DNA of 35,195 nucleotides, taken from Bacteroidota bacterium. Its GTDB lineage: Bacteria; Bacteroidota; Bacteroidia; Flavobacteriales_D; Sanyastnellaceae. The stretch covers positions 1 through 35,195 of the forward strand of contig JBJOIB010000268.1 of the NCBI GenBank assembly GCA_046047375.1, given 5' to 3'. The notes beneath the pieces are model-generated. The model was not told the DNA's origin. It ran no database searches and saw only the letters and a list, made by a program, of their open reading frames with translations. Made by a program: the position numbers and the translations under genes. Of the stretch, positions 28,270 through 35,195 are shown one piece after another. Numbering within the stretch: position 1 is the stretch's first letter; every line of letters begins with the position of its first letter.

Positions 28270-28810
28270 GGCTTTCGTTTATTGATTGTTGCCATTGGCG
28301 CAATTCCTCCAACATTTCTTCGAGAATTTCAAGACGCAATCGGTAGTTCTGAATCATGGCTTCCACCACTTTTTCCCTGTCAGCACCTCGTCCCATCTCC
28401 AGACACAGTTGTTCATATTCCTCTCGCAACTCATCCACGGCAGCGAGGTACTCCTCCCCTTCTGGAAATTTCTTTACCTCTTCAATCCGCAAATTCACCT
28501 CTGCGAGGTAATACGTTTCCACTTCGGCCATCTCCTCACTTACATTTGCCAACCGAAAGTTGGGGTTGGATTGTTCTGCCATCTGAGGTTCATCCCGATC
28601 AAGCAAAAAGATGTAGCTCCCCAAAAGCAATATAACCATGGCGGCAACAGCGCCGAGGGTCCACAGCCAACGCACGTTCACGAACCTGCCGCGATCTTCG
28701 GGCAAGCGCGCTTCAATGCCGCTCCAGACGTCGCGCGAGGGACGTTCATCATCAAAATCAGCGCGATGCTGATCGATAAACGACTTTAACTTATCCTTTT
28801 CCATTTGCAT
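28259..28810 (-). CDS. Putative single-pass anti-sigma factor
   Basis: 183 aa. A short charged N-terminus, one TM segment (WLWTLGAVAAMVILLLGSYIFLL) and a helical, acidic periplasmic domain. The start overlaps the sigma-factor stop by 14-20 nt, consistent with translational coupling. There is no HxxxCxxC zinc motif. Confidence 0.6.
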   Translation of the reverse strand: MQMEKDKLKSFIDQHRADFDDERPSRDVWSGIEARLPEDRGRFVNVRWLWTLGAVAAMVILLLGSYIFLLDRDEPQMAEQSNPNFRLANVSEEMAEVETYYLAEVNLRIEEVKKFPEGEEYLAAVDELREEYEQLCLEMGRGADREKVVEAMIQNYRLRLEILEEMLEELRQWQQSINESHEA

Positions 28811-29345
28811 TCGAAATTAACCATTCTGCAACACGCTTCTTTGCGCGGTTGAGCTGCGATTTTGAGGTTGATTCATTGATCCCTAACATTTCACCAATGT
28901 CTTTATGGGAATAGTCTTCGAACATATAAAGAGTGAACACTGCGCGATATCCGTCTGACAATTCACTGACCGCTTGCTTAACGTCTTCAATGGAATAATG
29001 AGCCGGTTCTTCATACGGTTCATCTTCTTCTTCTGTCCTACGGTCCTCGATTAACTCATCGATCAAAATGCGTTGTTTTTTCAAGGAATTCAGCGCAGTG
29101 TTCACAACAATTCGTTTTAGCCAACTGCCAAAGGTAGCATCTCCACGAAACTGATCCAGTTTATTGAAGGCTGATACAAAGGCATCTTGCAACACATCTT
29201 CTGCATCTTCTCTGCTGCGCAAGATGCGAAGGGCTGTGGCAAACATGGCCTGACAATATTTATCATACAGGGCACGCTGAGCTGTTCGGTCACCTAACCG
29301 ACAGCGCTCAACGAGTTCATCTTGAATGATCTGCCCTGTTTGCAC
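28791..29345 (-). CDS. ECF-type RNA polymerase sigma-70 factor
   Basis: 184 aa. Region 2 (EDAEDVLQDAFVSAFNKLDQFRGDATFGSWLKRIVVNTALN) and region 4 HTH (YSHKDIGEMLGINESTSKSQLNRAKKRV). Confidence 0.9.
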   Translation of the reverse strand: MQTGQIIQDELVERCRLGDRTAQRALYDKYCQAMFATALRILRSREDAEDVLQDAFVSAFNKLDQFRGDATFGSWLKRIVVNTALNSLKKQRILIDELIEDRRTEEEDEPYEEPAHYSIEDVKQAVSELSDGYRAVFTLYMFEDYSHKDIGEMLGINESTSKSQLNRAKKRVAEWLISNANGKG

Positions 29346-29354
29346 TCCGCAAAG

Positions 29355-29996
29355 TTAAAATACTCCTACACGTAAACCGAGGTTAACGCCTAGGCTCGAC
29401 ATGTTCGCATCTGATGTTTGTGGTAAATCGATATCGTAAGCCAATCGGTAGCTCACCCCAGCGTACAAGCGAACGAATTTCATCAAATTCACTTCGGCAT
29501 TGACCCCTGGTTCTACGTAAAAGAAGAAATCTGTCCGATAGAACCCATCAAATCCATCCAATTCCTGATCTATGTAATCCGGATCCATCAGCGGGTACCT
29601 GCTTTCGCCAACTCCACCCGCACCTATCAACACCGGTACTGAAAAATGCACTGCACGCTTGCTGAAAAACACCGGCTCCAAGGTTAAACCTCCATAGCCT
29701 ATGGTGTAGTACAAGTCATTACCGAACTCATCGGTATTTACTGACCTGGCTTCATTGACCAATCCATAGCCGTGCACACCGATGTTGAAGCTATGTCCGA
29801 ACGTCATCGCTAATTCGCCACCCAACATCATTCCGGCTTCTTTGTTAAAGCTCGACATTTTCGAGCCAAAGCCGAGGAACACACCTATTGACGGGTCGTT
29901 TCCGAACAGCGTCTGCATATCGTCGTTGCTGTTCATTTGGGCCATCACAGGCACCATCCCTGCCGTGAGCAGGATCATCATTGCTAACTTTTTCAT
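29355..29996 (-). CDS. Putative small outer-membrane beta-barrel protein
   Basis: 213 aa with signal peptide MKKLAMMILLTAGMVPVMAQ. Gly/aromatic-rich alternating strands and a C-terminal ...LGVNLGLRVGVF ending in Phe. Confidence 0.65.
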   Translation of the reverse strand: MKKLAMMILLTAGMVPVMAQMNSNDDMQTLFGNDPSIGVFLGFGSKMSSFNKEAGMMLGGELAMTFGHSFNIGVHGYGLVNEARSVNTDEFGNDLYYTIGYGGLTLEPVFFSKRAVHFSVPVLIGAGGVGESRYPLMDPDYIDQELDGFDGFYRTDFFFYVEPGVNAEVNLMKFVRLYAGVSYRLAYDIDLPQTSDANMSSLGVNLGLRVGVF

Positions 29997-29997
29997 A

Positions 29998-30702
29998 TTA
30001 CTCCATGTCTATTACTTGTCCACTGCCTGAAATATCAATATCCACATCGGCTGGATTTCCCCAATAGAAGACTTCTCCACTGCCGTCTATGTGGATATTC
30101 AAATACTGAGACGCATTCACCCGTGCGGTTCCACTTCCGTTGATGTTCACCGAAGCGTTGTTCACAGGGAGGTAACGAGCGTCCAAATTACCACTGCCGT
30201 TGATGGTGCCATTGAAAGCATTCGCTTCTCCTGAAAAACGCGCATTTCCAGATCCATCAAGTGTGAAATCCAAACCTACAAGAGAATCGTATTGCAGGTC
30301 GATGTCTCCCGAACCATTGAGCAAGATATCAGCATTGCCTGCTACCAAATGCGCTCCGTCTATGCTTCCACTTCCATCCAACGTCATATCATTGAGGTAG
30401 GATTTTGAAATGTACACACGCACCGTTGCGTTGTTCCGAATGGGGTTGCGCTCCTCTTTGATCTCCAAAAAATCATTGAAAACACGTGTCGTGATGTAGG
30501 GCAAATGATTCTCGCCCGCCTCGATCTTAAGGGTGTAAGTAGGATCTTGGGTGATGATCAATTGAATATCGCCATCAACTGAAAGTGAAGAATACGAGGT
30601 GTCGATGTCGCGAAACTCAGTCATTTGAGCCCCCGGATCTTCGCGAAAAACCGAACACGAAGTCATCAGTGGGATGCCAAGAATCAAAAGTGCATATTTC
30701 AT
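29998..30702 (-). CDS. Lipoprotein with DUF2807 (GIN-domain, putative adhesin head) repeats
   Basis: Lipobox LMTSC. Eight (D/N/S)GSG rungs (LDGSGSIDG, LNGSGDIDL, LDGSGNARF, INGSGNLDA, INGSGTARV, IDGSGEVFY, ISGSGQVI). Confidence 0.8.
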   Translation of the reverse strand: MKYALLILGIPLMTSCSVFREDPGAQMTEFRDIDTSYSSLSVDGDIQLIITQDPTYTLKIEAGENHLPYITTRVFNDFLEIKEERNPIRNNATVRVYISKSYLNDMTLDGSGSIDGAHLVAGNADILLNGSGDIDLQYDSLVGLDFTLDGSGNARFSGEANAFNGTINGSGNLDARYLPVNNASVNINGSGTARVNASQYLNIHIDGSGEVFYWGNPADVDIDISGSGQVIDME

Positions 30703-30800
30703 GGTTGCATGTATTAAAATTCAAGTCAATGACATGCAGGAATCAAAAGGTTGCACGTTTCGGTTCAAAAAAAACACTCAAACTTTACATAAAATTTACA

Positions 30801-30808
30801 TAAATTTG
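30801..30808 (+). promoter_or_regulatory. -7 promoter box TAAATTTG (TAnnTTTG) with no ORF behind it
   Basis: This is an exact consensus match. The identical octamer recurs at 30972-30979, immediately before the dapF start. Confidence 0.4.
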
Positions 30809-30878
30809 ACTCGTCGGTTATCCGACAGCTAGTAGTTAGTTATATCGTAGTTATTATTACGGATAATTTGGTTAGATA

Positions 30879-30908
30879 GGGCAGTCATTAGGCTGCCTTT
30901 TCTTTTTT
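30879..30908 (+). terminator. Rho-independent terminator in the dapF upstream region
   Basis: GGCAGTC-atta-GGCTGCC forms a 7-bp stem (one G-U pair, tetraloop) followed by TTTTCTTTTTT on the plus strand. Confidence 0.65.
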
Positions 30909-30983
30909 CACCTTGACAGGAGATTGTGAATGAATTCATTGCACTTTCATTTGCCGCTCGCTCAGGAGTTATAAATTTGCGCT

Positions 30984-31757
30984 GTGAAACTGGACTTTGA
31001 AAAATACCACGGCACAGGCAATGATTTCATCCTCGCCGACAATCGCACCTTGAACTGGGTGCCTACCGTTGATCAAATCAAGCAGCTCTGTGATCGCCAT
31101 TTCGGCATCGGTGCTGATGGAGTCATCCTCATTGAAAAAAGCGATGAGGCTCAGTTTTATGTCAACTATTTTAATTCCGACGGCAGTAAGTCCTTTTGCG
31201 GCAACGGAAGTCGCTGCGCGGTTCAGTTCGCAGCCTCTTTAGGCATAGCCTCAGAACATGTATTGTTCGACGCTATTGATGGACTTCACCACGCGCGCAT
31301 GGAAGACAATCTGATCGCCATCAAGATGCGCGACACAGCTAAAATCGAACACCAGCGCCCCCATCATTTCGCTCACACAGGCTCACCACACATCGTGAAA
31401 TATGTTGAAGACGTAAACGACGTTGAAGTCGTACATGAAGGTCGACTCATCCGCTTCAGCGAAAAATGGAAAAAAGAAGGTACAAATGTCAACTTCGTGG
31501 AAAAAGACGAAGACCGTTTGATGGTGCGCACCTACGAACGAGGAGTGGAAGATGAAACCCTCTCTTGTGGAACGGGCGTTACAGCCGTTGCTTTGACCGA
31601 TTTCGACATCTACGGAGGTGCACTGGAGCGCACCATAGACACCCCGGGAGGCACACTGCGGGTTACCTTTGAAAAAAACGAGGGCGGGTTCACCAACATC
31701 TGGCTAATAGGTCCGGCTCAGCGCGTTTTTTCAGGACAAATCAACCTGGAAGGATGA
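30984..31757 (+). CDS. dapF: Diaminopimelate epimerase
   Basis: GTG start. The N-terminal KYHGTGNDFIL and the first catalytic Cys motif YFNSDGSKSFCGNGSRC are present, as is the second catalytic Cys in LSCGTGV. At 257 aa the length fits the family. Confidence 0.93.
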   Translation: MKLDFEKYHGTGNDFILADNRTLNWVPTVDQIKQLCDRHFGIGADGVILIEKSDEAQFYVNYFNSDGSKSFCGNGSRCAVQFAASLGIASEHVLFDAIDGLHHARMEDNLIAIKMRDTAKIEHQRPHHFAHTGSPHIVKYVEDVNDVEVVHEGRLIRFSEKWKKEGTNVNFVEKDEDRLMVRTYERGVEDETLSCGTGVTAVALTDFDIYGGALERTIDTPGGTLRVTFEKNEGGFTNIWLIGPAQRVFSGQINLEG

Positions 31758-32578
31758 AGCTAGTTGCCGATAGCGGATCCACCAAAACGGCCTGGCGACT
31801 CATTCACACGGACGGACGAATTGAACAGGCCGCCAGCATCGGATTGAACCCCTTTCATCTGGCAGACGAAATGATTACCGCCACGTTGGAATCCATCTTT
31901 CCTGCGTGGCATGAGCACATAAGCGAACTGTTCTTTTACGGTGCCGGCGTGGGTAGTACCATTCAACACGATCGCCTTGAACGTCTACTTGCCTCTTCTT
32001 TTCCAAATGCTTCCGTTGAAGTGAATCATGATTTGCTCGGCGCTGCAAGGGCTGCCTGTGGCCGTGAAGCAGGATTTGCTGTGATTCTTGGAACAGGCAC
32101 CAATAGTTGCTTTTTCGACGGACAAACCATCACCGAACACATTCCTTCGGTTGGCTATATACTCGGAGATTATGGAAGTGGTGCTGACCTCGGAAAACGC
32201 TGGGCGGAGGCTTGTTTAACCCACGCAGCTGAACCAGATTTGATCAAGCTCTTTTACGAGCAATACAATCTCAACGCAGATCGGTTGTTGGATCAAGTGT
32301 ACACGGGAACACGCGTCCAAACCTTCCTTGCTTCTTTTGCACCATTTCTGGCCGAACAAAAAAGCCATCCATTCATTGCTGCCCTCATCAGCAGTGCATT
32401 TGATGATTTTTTCACCCGCACCTTGAAACGTTATTCCAGTAAAGGTACCGTGCACGTGTGCGGCAGCATTGGTGAAATTTTCAGACCTTTTCTTGAAAAC
32501 GTGGCTGCCAACCATGGCTTTACCCTCGGACGAACCGTTCCTCATCCCATAGCAGCCTTAACACTGTACCACACATGA
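31754..32578 (+). CDS. BadF/BadG/BcrA/BcrD-type ATPase (N-acetylglucosamine kinase-like)
   Basis: N-terminal LVADSGSTKTAW phosphate-1 motif and ILGTGTNS. The start overlaps the dapF stop (ATGA). Confidence 0.8.
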   Translation: MKLVADSGSTKTAWRLIHTDGRIEQAASIGLNPFHLADEMITATLESIFPAWHEHISELFFYGAGVGSTIQHDRLERLLASSFPNASVEVNHDLLGAARAACGREAGFAVILGTGTNSCFFDGQTITEHIPSVGYILGDYGSGADLGKRWAEACLTHAAEPDLIKLFYEQYNLNADRLLDQVYTGTRVQTFLASFAPFLAEQKSHPFIAALISSAFDDFFTRTLKRYSSKGTVHVCGSIGEIFRPFLENVAANHGFTLGRTVPHPIAALTLYHT

Positions 32579-33729
32579 ACCGCATAGCACTTCTACTCAT
32601 ACTTCTCTTTCCTGTTTCCACCTTTGCCGCGCAACTGAGTCAGGATGCAACCATATCTGTACTCACCTGTGAACCGGGCGATGAACTGTATAGCGTTTTC
32701 GGCCACAGCGCCATCCGGGTTTACGAACCAGGGGTATTCGATGTCGTTTACAATTACGGTACGTTCGAATTCTCCGATGATTTCTACCTGAAATTTGCAC
32801 AGGGAAAACTGAACTACAAGTTATCGAAATCAGGCTTCCCAGACTTCAACTACGAGTACCTGATGACCAACAGGGCGGTGACAGAGCAAGTTCTCAACCT
32901 CAACCTCGAGGAAAAACAAAAAGTGGTTGACCTGCTCGAAGAAAATTACCTGCCTGAAAACCGCTATTATCTCTACGATTTTTTCTTCGACAATTGCGCC
33001 ACGCGGATTCGCGACATCCTTCAAAAAGCCCTTGGAGATCGCATGCAGTTTCATTCCTCCTTTCCTGCTGACAGCATTTCATTCAGACAAATGATTCAAC
33101 GCTACCTCGGGAACATGCACTGGGGCGATTTTGGCATCGATATGGCGCTGGGTATGCCGTGTGATGCAAAGATGAAAGTAGGCGAAAACATGTTTTTGCC
33201 AGATGGAATTTTTGAAGAATTTGCCACCGCTACGCTGGATGGAAAACCCCTTGTGGAACAAACCAACGAGCTCTTGCTTTCACAAGAAGACCTAAAGATG
33301 AAGCCCGGCATGAACCAGCCGCTTCTACTAGCTATTGCTCTCGCGCTGATCGCAATGCTCGATGCATTGTTCCACTTCACCAAGCGCACCCAAATGGTCT
33401 TCATACCGCGCATCATATTCCTTCTTTTTGGAATCATTGGCATCCTCGTATTGCTGCTTTGGGTGGCTACCGACCACACAACGACTGCAAACAATCTCAA
33501 TCTCATCTGGGCCTCACCACTCTACTTGTACTTCATGGTAGGCTTGAGGAAAGTGCAAAAAGAAACGGGAACCTTTAAAAAGCAAGCCATTCGGATCTAC
33601 GCGGTGGTCTTAGCCATTCTCCTACTAACCGGATCATTTTGGCCGCAAGAGTTTCACCCAACCTTCTACTGGTTGATGCTAGCCCCACTGTTCAGTCTGT
33701 TTCGGATCGGTTGGGCGCGTATGAAGTAA
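32575..33729 (+). CDS. DUF4105-domain membrane protein
   Basis: Signal peptide, then ISVLTCEPGDELYSVFGHSAIRV...YNYGTFEF, typical of DUF4105. Several C-terminal TM segments follow. The start overlaps the preceding stop (ATGA). Confidence 0.8.
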   Translation: MNRIALLLILLFPVSTFAAQLSQDATISVLTCEPGDELYSVFGHSAIRVYEPGVFDVVYNYGTFEFSDDFYLKFAQGKLNYKLSKSGFPDFNYEYLMTNRAVTEQVLNLNLEEKQKVVDLLEENYLPENRYYLYDFFFDNCATRIRDILQKALGDRMQFHSSFPADSISFRQMIQRYLGNMHWGDFGIDMALGMPCDAKMKVGENMFLPDGIFEEFATATLDGKPLVEQTNELLLSQEDLKMKPGMNQPLLLAIALALIAMLDALFHFTKRTQMVFIPRIIFLLFGIIGILVLLLWVATDHTTTANNLNLIWASPLYLYFMVGLRKVQKETGTFKKQAIRIYAVVLAILLLTGSFWPQEFHPTFYWLMLAPLFSLFRIGWARMK

Positions 33730-33760
33730 GGGAAAATCGATGTATAATTGTATCAGTGTC

Positions 33761-35195
33761 ATGAAGACTTTTTTCATTCTAACAGCGATTTTCTTTGCGA
33801 TCGTGTTCTCCTCCTGCAAAAGAGAAGAGGCCACGCGCTGGGACATTGATGTGAGTGCGCCCCTCGTTGTTGGTTCCCTTGGTTGGAGCGACTTGGTGGC
33901 AGATTCTCTCCTGACGTCGGATGAGTTCGGAATTTTGCACATTCACTACGAAAAATCCCTGATCGAAATCGGGCAAGATTCGATTGTGGCTTTATCAGAT
34001 ACAGTCATTAAAAATGGCTTTGTATCACCCTTTCCAGGCACCATTCCGATTCCGGCCGGTCAGACCGTCTTCAACCAAAGTCAAAACATGACCATGGGCA
34101 TTCCACAGGCTCAAATTCGCGAAATAGAACTCGCCGGCGGAACCCTTTCTTACACCATTCGCAGCGAAGTCAATGGCCCTATGGATTTGGTTTACACCAT
34201 GCCTGGAGCAACATTGAACGGTCAGCCCTTTTCCATTGAGACCACCACTTCTGCAGGTACCAATGCAAATCCATACACCGAAACAGGAGTTATTGATCTC
34301 GCAGGCTACCATTTCAACCTCACCGGAACGACAGGCGGATTATACAATCGCCTGGCCTACAATATGATAGCAGCCATTTCACCCAGTGCAGGGGGAAGCA
34401 TCAATGTGTCTTCGCAAGACAGTTTGATCATTGAATTGCGCTTCGACAACATAGACATTCACTACGCCCGAGGCTACTTCGGAAACCAAGTCATTGACCT
34501 CAACCAGACCATAGACATCGATGCGCTCAATAGCATAGCAGCAGGAAATCTCAGCTTCGACGGAGGGCTATCAATGAACCTCGACGTAGAAAACTTCGTG
34601 GGTGCCGATGTACAACTCGTCATTCAACAAATAACCGCCCGAAGAAACACCGTGTACGACCATTTGGATCACGCTATCATCAACAGTGCGGTGAATATCA
34701 CACGTGCCATCGACAACGGCGGCATCATCGCATCGAATGCGTACAATTACTCCATCAACGAATCCAATTCGAACATCACCACCTTGTTCGGACTTTTGCC
34801 TTCTGAGCTCTCGATTATCGGACATGCCCAAATCAATCCACTGGGTGATGTTTCCGGCGGAAATGATTTTATCTATCCCGATTACCCTATTCGCGCTTTA
34901 CTCACCGTAGACGCTCCGTTGTGCATGGGCGCCAATGGCATTTTGTTCCGCGACACACTGGCGCTGAACAGCTTCAATTTGGATCCGTCGTCGGGCATCC
35001 TCACCCTCAACGTTGAAAACAGATTTCCGATAGAAGTGGTGGCCGGCATTAAGTTCCTGGAAAATGAAACCGTTACGACCATCGCAGAGAATATTCAGCT
35101 ATCGGCAGGGCAAATAGACAGTTTTGGGTTCACTGTAGCCGCTCAATCTTCCACGCAAGCGATTGCCATTCCTGAAAGCACCACACAATTGCTTT
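33761..35195 (+). CDS. Lipoprotein of unknown function; 478 codons present, C-terminus cut by the window edge
   Basis: It is absent from the ORF track because it runs off the 3' edge. My hand translation from ATG 33761 (MKTFFILTAIFFAIVFSSCKREE, with a lipobox) has no stop through 35195. Confidence 0.75.
   Translation, partial: MKTFFILTAIFFAIVFSSCKREEATRWDIDVSAPLVVGSLGWSDLVADSLLTSDEFGILHIHYEKSLIEIGQDSIVALSDTVIKNGFVSPFPGTIPIPAGQTVFNQSQNMTMGIPQAQIREIELAGGTLSYTIRSEVNGPMDLVYTMPGATLNGQPFSIETTTSAGTNANPYTETGVIDLAGYHFNLTGTTGGLYNRLAYNMIAAISPSAGGSINVSSQDSLIIELRFDNIDIHYARGYFGNQVIDLNQTIDIDALNSIAAGNLSFDGGLSMNLDVENFVGADVQLVIQQITARRNTVYDHLDHAIINSAVNITRAIDNGGIIASNAYNYSINESNSNITTLFGLLPSELSIIGHAQINPLGDVSGGNDFIYPDYPIRALLTVDAPLCMGANGILFRDTLALNSFNLDPSSGILTLNVENRFPIEVVAGIKFLENETVTTIAENIQLSAGQIDSFGFTVAAQSSTQAIAIPESTTQLL

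Noticed and set aside
28261-28789. 124-aa and 167-aa plus-strand ORFs.
   Set aside because: They are antisense to the anti-sigma gene, which is translationally coupled to the ECF sigma gene. They are Pro/His-rich shadow sequence.
33679-35082. Minus-strand ORFs 33679-33942, 33779-33976, 34025-34312, 34571-34831 and 34882-35082.
   Set aside because: They are antisense to the uninterrupted 478-codon lipoprotein ORF starting at 33761.

Overview
This 35.2-kb chromosomal window is about 45% GC by eye. It is most likely from a Bacteroidota (Flavobacteriia/Cytophagia-like) genome, judging by TAnnTTTG-type -7 promoter boxes, SprB-type repeats, DUF4105/DUF2807/DUF4097 envelope proteins, and many lipoproteins and signal peptides. 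Most genes are on the minus strand.

Contents, left to right:
- A partial secreted Cys-repeat protein and tRNA-Arg(CCG).
- A 1003-aa M1 metallopeptidase with a long beta-rich C-terminal extension.
- A 2026-aa repeat-rich surface protein preceded by a beta-helix protein.
- A hybrid sensor kinase plus a small Hpt-like protein.
- tRNA-Ala(GGC), abutted by a truncated TonB-dependent receptor that still carries a clear cobalamin riboswitch.
- A 1016-aa propeller/PA/CBM-like secreted protein, followed by a 795-bp AT-rich gap.
- A GlcG(HbpS)-like / GAF-PAS kinase / CheY operon.
- A 702-aa LamG/DUF1566 secreted protein and an orphan AAA_14/DUF4143 ATPase.
- A five-gene ECF-sigma envelope cluster.
- A housekeeping block: dapF, a BadF-type sugar kinase, a DUF4105 protein and a partial lipoprotein.

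I found no transposase, integrase, CRISPR array, rRNA or recognisable defence system.

The most unusual signal is a locally expanded family of four secreted proteins. They share two short cysteine-bracketed modules: an unassigned GC-x4-AxNYN...DDGSC unit and single dockerin-like Ca-loop/helix units. They lack a recognisable T9SS C-terminal sorting domain.

All family calls come from motif recognition by eye. No database search, covariance model or structure prediction was run.
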